Position numbers and translations under genes: made by a program. A DNA stretch of 39,539 bases from Thermoplasmata archaeon (GTDB lineage Archaea > Thermoplasmatota > SW-10-69-26 > JACQPN01 > JAJPHT01), in contig JAXDQU010000002.1 in assembly GCA_034667685.1 (NCBI GenBank), forward strand, positions 1 to 39,539. The letters run 5' to 3'. Below, piece by piece: positions 1-8,784 of this stretch. The first letter of the stretch is position 1. Every line of letters starts with the position of its first letter. The notes under the pieces were generated by a model, which made no database searches, was not told where the DNA came from, and was given only the letters and a program-made list of their open reading frames with translations.

Positions 1-121
1 CTCCAAGGACATTCGCGTCTTCGTGCCTTCGTGTTGACGTCGGGCCCAAGGAAATCAAAGTGCAGAAGAAGGTTGAGCACGCATGCGCTTCGCTGGGGGC
101 AAGTCAATTAAGATGGGCATG

Positions 122-220
122 ACCGGACGAGCCTGGGACGTTGGCTTTCCGACGGAGACCCATCCCCCCCACGCCAAAGCGGTTGGCGCGACACCCCCCG
201 TCAGAGGGCGCGGCTCCGGT
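122..220 (-). ncRNA. Candidate structured RNA (four-way junction), family unknown
   Basis: Minus strand folds by hand into a closing stem ACCGGAGCC/GGCTCGTCCGGT and three hairpins. Several G-U pairs work only on this strand. The region is intergenic. Confidence 0.3.
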
Positions 221-374
221 GCGTGGATGCGTAAAGAACGGGTTTGGCCAAGGTGGGCACCCCGCTTAACGCTGCCGGCATCACTCTGGCAACCGTCGAA
301 TGGCGCTTTTTCTCGGGGAAACGGCCCGCGAGTCTCGCGGATCGGCGGTTGCCGAATCGACGCGCGCCGTGATA

Positions 375-869
375 TCAGGCGACCCGGAACGGGACCTCGG
401 CGAGCAGGCCGTCGCCCAGCGTGAAGCGCGCGACGTAAGCGCCCGGCGGCGCGGCGCGCGTGCCCTCCTTGCCCGCGAGCTGGCCGTCCCACGTCCACGC
501 CGCGGAAAGGCTGGCGCCGGGCGCGAACGACGCGCTGCCCTGGGCGGCGGGGCACGAGCGGTCCGCGCTCACGTGCGGCGATTGATAGCGCCAGACCTGC
601 GTGCCCTGGAGCACGGCGACGTCGAGCCCGTTCTTGCCGCAGCCCACCTGCGCGACCTGGATCGCGCTCTTGCAGTTGTTGGTCACGTTGACCGAGAGCG
701 TCGTGGGCGTCCCGGGCGTGACGGGATCGGGCACCACCGTCGCGCCCACGTAGAGGCAGGCGGGAAGCGCCGCGGGCCCCGCGGTGGCCTCGTTGCTGCG
801 CCAGGGGATGGTGCAGCCCGCCAACAGCGTCGAAGCGAGCAGGAGCGTCACGATCGCCCGGGTCGGCAT
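375..869 (-). CDS. Lipoprotein with Ig-like (BsuPI-like) domain
   Basis: MPTRAIVTLLLASTLLAGC lipobox; beta-rich LSVNVTN...WRY...WTWDG...PGAYVARFTL pattern. Start moved to ATG 869. Confidence 0.75.
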   Translation of the reverse strand: MPTRAIVTLLLASTLLAGCTIPWRSNEATAGPAALPACLYVGATVVPDPVTPGTPTTLSVNVTNNCKSAIQVAQVGCGKNGLDVAVLQGTQVWRYQSPHVSADRSCPAAQGSASFAPGASLSAAWTWDGQLAGKEGTRAAPPGAYVARFTLGDGLLAEVPFRVA

Positions 870-972
870 GGGCGGCGTTCCGCCGAGCCAGGCTTGCCCC
901 TTCTGGGTCAAATGGGAGACCGTGCGCGCGGCGCTAAACGCGAGCTTCGCTCGCGGTCTGCGGGCTCCGGCA

Positions 973-1773
973 CTAGACGAGCCGCTCGGGGCACGCATCG
1001 CGCCGGGAGCAGCCGCGGCACTTGCCCGGGCGCTCGTGGTTGCGGTGGACGACGCCCGTCATGTCGGAGAGGCGCATCCGCAGCGAGGTCTCCAGAACGC
1101 GGTCGCGGAACTCGTCGGTGAAGGGGACCTCGAACGTGCGGTCCTGGTACTGGAGCACGCCGTGCGGCGGCCGGACGCCATAGTTCTCCTCGACGAGGAT
1201 GCAGTAGACGCCAAGCTGCATGAGGTGCGAGTCGTGCGGCGTCTCGGGCGTGCGGCCCGTCTTCAGCTCGACCGGGATGTAGTGCTCGTCGCGGCGCACG
1301 ATGTAATCCGGACGGCCCGAAAGCTCGTAACGCTCGGCGCGCAGCGTCTCGGCGGGCTTGTCCAGGTCGCTGTACGCGAGCTCGCCCTCGACGAGCCCCG
1401 CCTCCGCGACGACCTGGTTGGCCTCCTGCTCCTTGCGCATCGCGCGCAGCAGGAACGCGAGCGCCACGAAGAGCCACACGAGGCTCATCATGACCAGCAG
1501 CGTGTGGTACGCCCAATGCGCGTCGAGGAAGACGACCTCCAGCGCGAGCGTCATCGCGGACGCGGCCGTCAGCGCGAGGTAGAGCGCGATCCGGAGCGAC
1601 TCGTTGTGGTCCTTCAGGATGCGCCGCCAGAGCGCGATGCGCTGCCCGACCGCCGCGTGGTCCGACTCGCCGCGCGCCAGGACCTCGTCGGTGGACGCGA
1701 TGCCGCGGCGCGCGAGGGCCCAGCTGAGCGGGCAATAGACGTACCTCTCGACGTCCGCGGCGCTGTAGCCCAT
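973..1773 (-). CDS. cas4: Solo Cas4-like RecB/PD-(D/E)XK nuclease with Fe-S cysteines and two inserted TM helices
   Basis: N-terminal YCP, GESDH, GRPD, VELK and QLGVY motifs; C-terminal C-x2-C-x5-C; two hydrophobic helices after the GESDH motif. Start ATG 1773. Confidence 0.85.
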   Translation of the reverse strand: MGYSAADVERYVYCPLSWALARRGIASTDEVLARGESDHAAVGQRIALWRRILKDHNESLRIALYLALTAASAMTLALEVVFLDAHWAYHTLLVMMSLVWLFVALAFLLRAMRKEQEANQVVAEAGLVEGELAYSDLDKPAETLRAERYELSGRPDYIVRRDEHYIPVELKTGRTPETPHDSHLMQLGVYCILVEENYGVRPPHGVLQYQDRTFEVPFTDEFRDRVLETSLRMRLSDMTGVVHRNHERPGKCRGCSRRDACPERLV

Positions 1774-1847
1774 CGGTCCAGCTTCCGGTCTCCTAGGGCT
1801 TGAATCCGATGGGGACCGGACTCGCGGCATTCCGACGGGGCTCTGCG

Positions 1848-1934
1848 GGGCTCTGGGCTCAGGACTCTGGACTCCGGGCTCTCCGGAGCAGAGCAGCCGG
1901 GAGCCCCGAGTCCACAGTCCTGAGCCCCGAGCCC
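1848..1934. repeat. Long inverted repeat built from heptamer units (GGRCTCN)
   Basis: Left arm gggctct gggctca ggactct ggactcc gggctct ccgg pairs with right arm ccgg gagccc cgagtcc acagtcc tgagccc cgagccc; stem about 38 bp. Confidence 0.85.
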
Positions 1935-1939
1935 TGTGT

Positions 1940-2428
1940 TCACGTGATCCCCTCGATCGCCGACACGTTCCATGCGCCGGCGTGGCGCCAGCCCGTCGCA
2001 TTCTCGTAGCGGGCCAGCGCGGCGTCGGCCTGCGCGCGCAGCGAGGGCCACGTGGCGTTCGCGTCGGCCATCGTCTGGACGTGCGACTCGCGGTCGCCCG
2101 GCGCGCGGTGGAAGTAAAGCGTGAGCGCCGAGCCGCCGCCGGGGTAGACGCCCGCGACGAGCTGGGGCATCGGCATGCCGGGCTGCATCGCCATGACCGA
2201 CGACCAATCGCCCTCGGGCGTGCGCATGTCGGCGGGCTTCACGTCCGAGAACCCCGCGGCGCGCGCGCCGGCCTCGCCCGTCGTCGCGTTCCACGGCTCG
2301 GGGAACGTGACCGTCGCCATGACGCCGGTGAACACGTAGCTGCAATCCTGGCCGGCGGGGCACGGGTGGAACATGGTGCAGCCGGGCAGCGCGATGGCAA
2401 AGGCAAGGACGAGGACGATCGCGCGCAT
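1940..2428 (-). CDS. Hypothetical lipoprotein (paralog A)
   Basis: LPGC lipobox; shares PWNAT, ANATWP and ENATGWRHA with the neighbouring gene. Confidence 0.8.
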   Translation of the reverse strand: MRAIVLVLAFAIALPGCTMFHPCPAGQDCSYVFTGVMATVTFPEPWNATTGEAGARAAGFSDVKPADMRTPEGDWSSVMAMQPGMPMPQLVAGVYPGGGSALTLYFHRAPGDRESHVQTMADANATWPSLRAQADAALARYENATGWRHAGAWNVSAIEGIT

Positions 2429-2899
2429 TCAGCGCACCGCCTCGACGGGCTCCACGGTCCAATCGCGCGCATGGCGCCAACCCGTCGCGTTCTCGAACGC
2501 CGCGAGCGCGCGCTCCGCGTCGTTCGAATGCGTGGGCCACGTCGCGTTGGCCTGCTCGCGCACCTTCGCGTGCGAGGTGCCGTGGCCCTGCCCCGTAGGA
2601 AACGAGAACGTGAGGAAGAATCCGCCGTGGGTCTGGTCGGGCCCCGCCTGCGCGTTGCGGTCGTTGAAGGCGCCCGCGACAAGGAAGCTCTGGTTGCCCT
2701 CGCCCATTCGCTGCGGCGGCGCGAAGCCGGCAGCCGCGATGCCCTCCGCCACGCGCGTCGCGTTCCACGGCGCGTCGAAGCCGACCGTGCCGCGCACGCC
2801 GACGAGCGAGTACGAGCAATCCTCGCTGTTGCAGAGAAGCACGTCCATGCATCCCGGGAGCGCGAGGACGAGGAGGAGCGCGAGGGCAGGAATGCGCAC
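2429..2899 (-). CDS. Hypothetical lipoprotein (paralog B)
   Basis: LPGC lipobox; its TGA directly abuts the ATG of paralog A. Start GTG 2899 or TTG 2908. Confidence 0.8.
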   Translation of the reverse strand: MRIPALALLLVLALPGCMDVLLCNSEDCSYSLVGVRGTVGFDAPWNATRVAEGIAAAGFAPPQRMGEGNQSFLVAGAFNDRNAQAGPDQTHGGFFLTFSFPTGQGHGTSHAKVREQANATWPTHSNDAERALAAFENATGWRHARDWTVEPVEAVR

Positions 2900-2977
2900 A
2901 CGCGGCAAGCCATCGGCCCTTGGATGAAGACGACGCCCCGCCGAAGCCTACAAGGCTCCCCCCGAAGCTCGCGGCGC

Positions 2978-3517
2978 GTGGACGACGGGGAAACCGCCTC
3001 GGAGTGGATGCGTCACGCGCAGGAGGACCTCGACGCGGCGCGCCTCTTGGAAGGCGGTGGTCTCCATGCGTTGGCGGCGTTCCATGCTCAGCAGGCCGCG
3101 GAGAAGGCGATGAAGGCCGTTCTCATTCTCAGGGGGCGCGGTCTCGCCCGGACCCACGACGTCCAGCGCCTCGCGGCAGACGCCAAGGCGCCCACGAACA
3201 TCGCAGAGATCGTGAGCGCAGCAGAACGCCTCCGCGCTCGGCTTCGCGACGACCTGCCGATCGACCGGATCGTGCTGTTCGGCTCCCGTGCCCGCGGTGA
3301 GGCGCGAGCGGACAGCGACATCGACCTCATCGTGGTCAGCGCGCGCTTCCGCGGCATGAGCGCCGGCCAGCGGATGTACCGCGTCCGGAAGGCCTGGGAC
3401 CTCCCCGTGGCCGTCGATTTCCTCTGCTACGCGCCCGAGGAGTTCGAGGCGCTTGCCCACCGCGCGAGCATCGTGAAGATCGCGCTGGCTGAAGGTCACG
3501 ACATCGCGAGCGCGTGA
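2978..3517 (+). CDS. Truncated HEPN domain fused to minimal nucleotidyltransferase (MNT)
   Basis: W..HAQEDLDAA...FHAQQAAEKAMKA...THD is the HEPN N-terminal half, running straight into LFGSRARGEARADSDID (GSx10DxD). Start GTG 2978. Confidence 0.8.
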   Translation: MDDGETASEWMRHAQEDLDAARLLEGGGLHALAAFHAQQAAEKAMKAVLILRGRGLARTHDVQRLAADAKAPTNIAEIVSAAERLRARLRDDLPIDRIVLFGSRARGEARADSDIDLIVVSARFRGMSAGQRMYRVRKAWDLPVAVDFLCYAPEEFEALAHRASIVKIALAEGHDIASA

Positions 3518-3939
3518 GCGCCATCGGGCGCGGGCTCGTCGGACGGGAGCGGCGCCCCCGGCAGCGCCACCACCCGCGGCGCGCCGATGCCCCCCGGCGC
3601 TCGCAGCACGAGCACGCGTCCCTGCGCGTCCTCGACGAGCGCGCCGTCGCCCTCCTCGCCGCGGTAGTCGCTCACCACGGCGTCGGGGCGCTCGTCGCGG
3701 ATACGCGCCAGCTCGCGGCGCCATGCGGCGGCGGAGGCGCCCTGCATCACGGCGAACGGGACGGCCAGCAGGCAGAGGACGATCGCCGCGCCCGCGAGCC
3801 AGACGGCGTTCTTGTGCCCGTTGTCCGGGCGCGCGACCTCGCGGAACGAGCCGCGGTCGTAGGCGTAGAGCAGGCCGGACGCGACGAAGACGAGCGCCAC
3901 CAGCAGGGCGGCGACGGCATTCCGGTCCATTGGCCTCAC
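3496..3939 (-). CDS. Membrane protein, 2 TM
   Basis: Two hydrophobic helices. GTG start overlaps the dys stop (alternative ATG 3930). Confidence 0.7.
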   Translation of the reverse strand: MRPMDRNAVAALLVALVFVASGLLYAYDRGSFREVARPDNGHKNAVWLAGAAIVLCLLAVPFAVMQGASAAAWRRELARIRDERPDAVVSDYRGEEGDGALVEDAQGRVLVLRAPGGIGAPRVVALPGAPLPSDEPAPDGAHALAMS

Positions 3940-5003
3940 GCGTGCTGGCGGATGGGCTTGAGCTCGTCGCCCTCGTAGTCGAGCGCGAGGCGCTTGCGGT
4001 TCTGCCAGAGGTGCTTCTTCTGGATCAGCGCCGTGGCGAGGAGCGGAAGCGCGACCGTGATATCAACGTGCGCCTGCACGAAGTCCGCGTCCTTGGCGAT
4101 CTTGCCCCACGACTGCGCCTCCTTGAAGGTGCAGCCCGAGAGCGCGCCCCAGTCGGGCATGTCCATCGTGAGCTGGATCGCGTACTGGTGGCCGCCCGCC
4201 TCGTGCCCCAGCACCTCGGAGATGACCTCCGTCTGCTGGATGTAGTTCTTCGGCACGCCGCCGCCCAGGTAGATGATGCCGGTCTTCTCGGACTTGTACT
4301 TGACCTGCGCGAGCTCGTAGGCGTCGCGGATCATGTCGAGCTTCGGGTACGGCTTGCCCGTGGCCTTCGCCTTCGTGTAGTTGTAGATCATGCCGATCCC
4401 GATGCTGCTGTCGTGGATCGTCGGCACGAAGATGGGGACCTTCTGGCGCGCGGCCTCGGCGACCCACGAGTCCTGGTCCTTGGCGAAGTGCTCGCCGAAG
4501 AACGTCATGATCTCGCGCGTCGAGTACGTGCGCGCCGGGTCGAGCTTCGCCACGAGGCCGCCCAGGTAGTCGTCCGTCTCGCGGAACTTCTCCTCGTCGA
4601 CGATGGTGTCGTAGAGGCGGTCGAGGAAGTGCTCGCGCAGCTCCAGGTCGTCGACCTCCGGCGCGGCGCGCCAGAAGTTGTAGCCGCGCGCGGCGTACAT
4701 GTCCTGGTAGGGCTGCGAGCCCACGGTGACGATGACGTCGACGAGCTTGTGGCGGATCAGGTCGCGCAGGACCTTGCGCTGGCCGCCCGCCATGAGCGAG
4801 CCCGCCACGCCCAGGATGATCGTCGGGCGCGAGGGGTCCTGGAGCATGTTCTCCCAGACCTGGAGCGCGGTGCCGAGGTTGCGCCCCTGGAAGCTGATGT
4901 TCTTGAACGCGTCCATCAGCTCGGCGACGCTCTGGATCTTCGAGGGCTCGAACTGCGTGATGGGCGTGTTGAGCCAATCCGACTTCTTCGTGCGGGGCGC
5001 CAC
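3936..5003 (-). CDS. dys: Deoxyhypusine synthase
   Basis: SFQGRNLG, LGGGVPKNYIQQ and GALSGCTFKEAQSWGKI (active-site Lys). GTG 5003 follows a GGTG RBS. Confidence 0.95.
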   Translation of the reverse strand: MAPRTKKSDWLNTPITQFEPSKIQSVAELMDAFKNISFQGRNLGTALQVWENMLQDPSRPTIILGVAGSLMAGGQRKVLRDLIRHKLVDVIVTVGSQPYQDMYAARGYNFWRAAPEVDDLELREHFLDRLYDTIVDEEKFRETDDYLGGLVAKLDPARTYSTREIMTFFGEHFAKDQDSWVAEAARQKVPIFVPTIHDSSIGIGMIYNYTKAKATGKPYPKLDMIRDAYELAQVKYKSEKTGIIYLGGGVPKNYIQQTEVISEVLGHEAGGHQYAIQLTMDMPDWGALSGCTFKEAQSWGKIAKDADFVQAHVDITVALPLLATALIQKKHLWQNRKRLALDYEGDELKPIRQHA

Positions 5004-5160
5004 GGGAGACACCTGACGGGCCGCGCGAGGGGCCGGACGTTCAAGAAGGTTTGCCCCTCGTCCCGTCCTGAGCGGACTCCCGCTCGTGGCGACCGAGGCC
5101 ATCAGCGCGCCGAACTGCAGCGTGACGCCGCCCAGATAGGTGCCGTCCGGTCGCCGCTCC

Positions 5161-6129
5161 TCAGGGGAACGGGCGCGACGAGACCGCGACCTCGTGCGCC
5201 ACGAGCGCGAAGTAGCCGTCGTTGGTGTGCGCGGCGGGCGCGCTGATCTTCCAGTCGCCGGCGAGCGCGGGGTACTGCGCCTGGTCGTAGGCGAAGCCGC
5301 CCGAGGGCTGCGCGTCGGTGGCCGGGCCGCCCGAGGGGTACGCGGTGCCATTGGGATCGACGAGCTGGTAGGCGCGTGCGTAACCCTTGGCGCCGCCCTG
5401 GATCTGGACGCTCACGAAGGTCTGCCGGTCGTCCACGTGGAACGTCTGCGTGTTGAGCGTGGCCACCGGGAAGACAGTGGTGCTGTTGAACACCTCCTTC
5501 GCGGTCGCGGTGGCGATGGCACCGGTCCAGTTGTCGCGGGCGCCGTCGATGGCGAGGCCGTAGCCCGCCGCGAAGTCGAGGTGGCTCCACCACTTCAGCG
5601 CGGGGACGTAATCATAGGTCGCGTAGGGCTTGCCGCCCACGGACGCGACGAGCGTGAAGCCGGGCTGGCCGCCCGCGGTCGGGATGGCGGGCGCGTACGT
5701 CGCCACGACGGTGGCCTGCTGGCCGTCCCACGTGGTGGACCATGCGGCGCCGTCGCGCATCGGGAACGCGAAGAACGCGACGGGGTTGCCGTGCTGCCCG
5801 CCGGCGAGGTCCGAGGCGCGGATCTTGCCGAGGTAGCTGATGTCGAACATCGCGTCGTAGCCGGCGAGCGTCGGGCTCGTCGTCGCCAGCGTGTAAGCGT
5901 CGGACGAGGCGGCGGTGACGACGAACGTGACGTGCTCGGAGGACGCGCCGTTCTTGCTCGTGGCGGTCCAGGCGTCGCCCACGCGCCAGACCGGCGCCTG
6001 CACGGTGCTGTTGTTGAGGAGCGCGGGCGCGGCGGCCGGCGCCTTCTCCGCGTGCGTCGCCGCGGGCGCGTTCGGGCTCAAGCACCCCGCGCCCAGCAGC
6101 GCGAGGAGGACGATGGCGACCGCTCGCAA
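5161..6129 (-). CDS. Secreted lipoprotein, unknown function
   Basis: LLGAGC lipobox; APVWRVGDAW motif; TTG 6129 follows a GGTGA RBS. Confidence 0.8.
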   Translation of the reverse strand: MRAVAIVLLALLGAGCLSPNAPAATHAEKAPAAAPALLNNSTVQAPVWRVGDAWTATSKNGASSEHVTFVVTAASSDAYTLATTSPTLAGYDAMFDISYLGKIRASDLAGGQHGNPVAFFAFPMRDGAAWSTTWDGQQATVVATYAPAIPTAGGQPGFTLVASVGGKPYATYDYVPALKWWSHLDFAAGYGLAIDGARDNWTGAIATATAKEVFNSTTVFPVATLNTQTFHVDDRQTFVSVQIQGGAKGYARAYQLVDPNGTAYPSGGPATDAQPSGGFAYDQAQYPALAGDWKISAPAAHTNDGYFALVAHEVAVSSRPFP

Positions 6130-6190
6130 GCCCTCACCAGCCCGCCGAGCACGACCCGAGAGCATGAAGCAACCGGCGCCGCATCCCGTC

Positions 6191-6874
6191 ATGATGACGG
6201 CGAAGGTCGTCCCGATCCCGCTGGGCTTCGTGAACGCCTACCTCGTGCTCGACCGGCGCGCGGTCCTCGTCGACGCGGGCGAGCCGGGCCGCGAGACGCG
6301 CATCCTGGAGGCGGTGAAGGCGGCGGGCGTCGCGCCGCGCGACCTCGCGCTGATCTTCCTCACCCACGCGCACACGGACCACGTCGGGAGCGCCGCCGCC
6401 CTGCACCGCGAGACGGGCGCACCCCTGGCAATCGCCGAGCCGGACGCCACCTACCTGCGCGAGGGGCGCAGCGCGCCCGTCGTCCCGCGCGTCGCGGTGA
6501 TGAAGCTCCTCGCGGGCGTGATCGCGCGCCGGCCGGGCCCGCCCGCGGCCGAGCCCGCGCGGGTGCTCGCGGGCGAGACGAGCCTCGCGGAGTTCGGCGT
6601 CGCGGGCCGCGCCCTCCCGACGCCGGGCCACACGAAGGGCTCCGCGACGCTGCTCCTGGACTCGGGCGAGGCGCTCGTGGGCGACGCGATGAACGGCGGG
6701 ATGCCCTTCCCGCGCGGGCGGCCCGGCCGGCTCGTCATCGCCGAGGACGTGGAGCAGGCGCGCGCAAGCCAGCGATTGATATCGTCGAAGAATCCGACGC
6801 GCGTCTTCGTGGGGCACGGCGACCCGCGCGGGTTCACCGGCGCGCAGGTGCGGGCGTTCGTGGCGAGATCTTGA
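6191..6874 (+). CDS. MBL-fold metallo-hydrolase
   Basis: LVDAG, THAHTDH, TPGHT, VGD and GHG motifs. Confidence 0.92.
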   Translation: MMTAKVVPIPLGFVNAYLVLDRRAVLVDAGEPGRETRILEAVKAAGVAPRDLALIFLTHAHTDHVGSAAALHRETGAPLAIAEPDATYLREGRSAPVVPRVAVMKLLAGVIARRPGPPAAEPARVLAGETSLAEFGVAGRALPTPGHTKGSATLLLDSGEALVGDAMNGGMPFPRGRPGRLVIAEDVEQARASQRLISSKNPTRVFVGHGDPRGFTGAQVRAFVARS

Positions 6875-6939
6875 GCGCCGGCGCGATGCGAAGGCAACTC
6901 TTATCTCCCGAGACTCGGGTCACGTCGTGGAGGCTTCAC

Positions 6940-7197
6940 ATGAGAAGGTTGTCCATTCTCGCCCTTGCGCTGTTGGTCGGAAGCACGTTCGTCGTCTTGG
7001 CGATGCCCGCGGGCTCCGCGACCTGCGCGGGGCTCGCCGACACGGCCGACGCCAAGTGCATTGGGGTGTACAGCGACGGCACGCAGAACTGCATCGGGTT
7101 CTATGGGGACACGCACCCCCCGTGGAACGCGCTGAACTGCGGTGGCGTCGACGTCCCCAATCTGACCAACCACTGCGTCGAAGGCATCTGCCAGTAG
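6940..7197 (+). CDS. Small secreted Cys-rich protein (85 aa, 6 Cys)
   Basis: GGAGG RBS; Sec-type signal ending PAGSA; six Cys in the mature part. Confidence 0.75.
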   Translation: MRRLSILALALLVGSTFVVLAMPAGSATCAGLADTADAKCIGVYSDGTQNCIGFYGDTHPPWNALNCGGVDVPNLTNHCVEGICQ

Positions 7198-7213
7198 ACC
7201 GCTCCCAAATGCC

Positions 7214-7248
7214 CGCGGCCGGGCCACGGGCCCGGCCGCGCTCTTCTT
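7214..7248 (+). terminator. Perfect 12-bp hairpin with pyrimidine tail, putative terminator
   Basis: cgcggccgggcc-acg-ggcccggccgcg followed by ctcttctt, just after the stop at 7197. Confidence 0.5.
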
Positions 7249-7292
7249 GATCGTGGAAACCGCTATGCGCGAGCATCGGGCTCGCCGCGCCG

Positions 7293-8078
7293 ATGACGCA
7301 GTACGAGAACCTGCTCGTGGAGCGCGACGGAGCCATCGCGGTCCTCACCGTCAACCGGCTCAAGGCGCTCAACGCCATGAACCAGGCCACGCTCGCGGAG
7401 CTGACCGCGGCGGCGCGCGAGCTGGACGCGGACCCGGGCGTCGGCGTCGTCATCCTGACCGGCGCGGGCGAGAAGGCGTTCGTCGCCGGCGCGGACATCA
7501 CCGAAATGGCGTCGTTCGGCCCGCAGCAGGCCGAGGACCACGCGCGCAAGGGGCAGGCCGCGATGGCCGCGTTCGAGCGCATGCGCAAGCCGGTCATCGC
7601 GGCCGTCAACGGCTACGCGCTGGGCGGCGGGCTGGAGATCGCGCTGGCGTGCGACATCCGGCTCGCGAGCGAGAACGCGCAGATGGGGCTTCCCGAGGTC
7701 AGCCTCGGCACGATCCCCGGCTTCGGGGGGACGCAGCGCCTGGCGCGCCTCGTGGGCCCGGCGATGGCGAAGGAGCTGGTGCTCAGCGGCCGCCGCGTGA
7801 AGGCCGACGAGGCGCTGCGCATCGGCCTGGTCAACCGCGTCGTGCCGCAGGCCGAGCTCATGGAGACGGCCAGGCAGCTCGCGCGCGACATCCTGGCCAA
7901 CGGGCCCTACGCGGTGCGCCTCGCCAAGGAGGTCATCGACCGCGGCCTGGAGACCGATCTGGCCGCGGGCCTGCGCCTGGAGGAGAAGGCGTTCGGCCTC
8001 ACGTTCTCGACGCACGACCAGAAGGAGGGCATGCGCGCCTTCACCGAGAAGCGGAAGCCGGCCTGGAAGGGCGAATAG
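7293..8078 (+). CDS. Enoyl-CoA hydratase/crotonase family
   Basis: AFVAGADI, NGYALGGGLE and PEVSLG motifs with both catalytic Glu. Confidence 0.95.
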   Translation: MTQYENLLVERDGAIAVLTVNRLKALNAMNQATLAELTAAARELDADPGVGVVILTGAGEKAFVAGADITEMASFGPQQAEDHARKGQAAMAAFERMRKPVIAAVNGYALGGGLEIALACDIRLASENAQMGLPEVSLGTIPGFGGTQRLARLVGPAMAKELVLSGRRVKADEALRIGLVNRVVPQAELMETARQLARDILANGPYAVRLAKEVIDRGLETDLAAGLRLEEKAFGLTFSTHDQKEGMRAFTEKRKPAWKGE

Positions 8079-8133
8079 GACTCACGTCAAGTGACGCTGC
8101 TTTGAAGCTCTTGAACCTGATGCCGCTGCGGCC

Positions 8134-8784
8134 ATGGCGACCGGCTTCACGGCGCTCGATATCATCGTCGCGGCGGCCGCGCTCGTCGTCGCGGTCTGGT
8201 TCCTCGTCGCGTGGCGCCGCCTGGGCGAGCCCGCCCTGCTGCTCTTCGCCGTGGGCCTCGCGCTCAAGGGCGTCGGCTACGGCGTCGCGGGGCTCGCCGA
8301 CCCGGTGAGCAGCCGGCCCGCCAGCGCGTTCGACCTAACCCGCATCGGCGTCCTCTTCGTGGGCAACCTGCTCATGGTGAGCGCGTACCTCGGCGGCCGT
8401 CGGCAGCGCGCCTGGCTCCTCGCCGGCTGGATCGTCGCGGGCGGCGCGGCGCTGCTCGTCGCGATCGACCTGGTCGTGCCGCCCCTGGGCAGCGTCGACC
8501 TCCAGGTGGCGTCCATCGTCTCCGCCAGCATCATCGCCGTCGCCAACGTCGCCTGCGCGGTCTTCGCGGCGCATGGCTTCCGCGCCTCGCCCTCGGCGGG
8601 CCGCGCGCTCGTCCCCACGGCCTTCCTCTTCTGGGGCCTCTCGAACTACACGGGCCTCCTCATCGTGCTGGGCTCGCCCTCGTGGCTCCACGTCCTGGTC
8701 CAGCTCTGGCGCCTCGTCGCGGTCGTGCTCATGCTGGGCGCGCTCGTGCTTCCCCGCGGAGGTGCCGGCCCTGCCAAGGCGTGA
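8134..8784 (+). CDS. Polytopic membrane protein (about 7 TM)
   Basis: Seven hydrophobic segments; overlaps the downstream wHTH gene. Confidence 0.8.
   Translation: MATGFTALDIIVAAAALVVAVWFLVAWRRLGEPALLLFAVGLALKGVGYGVAGLADPVSSRPASAFDLTRIGVLFVGNLLMVSAYLGGRRQRAWLLAGWIVAGGAALLVAIDLVVPPLGSVDLQVASIVSASIIAVANVACAVFAAHGFRASPSAGRALVPTAFLFWGLSNYTGLLIVLGSPSWLHVLVQLWRLVAVVLMLGALVLPRGGAGPAKA

Noticed and set aside
12-35. TTCGCGTCTTCGTGCCTTCGTG short repeat
   Set aside because: Could be one arm of a REP-like hairpin cut by the window edge; too short to support here.
1-370. tRNA, 5S rRNA, SRP RNA, RNase P RNA or TPP riboswitch; also ORFs 55..555 and 83..424
   Set aside because: Diagnostic motifs not found on either strand, and the ORFs have atypical codon use and no motifs.
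973-1934. CRISPR-Cas locus around cas4
   Set aside because: No cas1/cas2 and no repeat-spacer array; the nearby repeat is an inverted heptamer hairpin.
8134-8784. 7-TM protein as a microbial rhodopsin
   Set aside because: No retinal-binding Lys in the last helix and no helix C motif.
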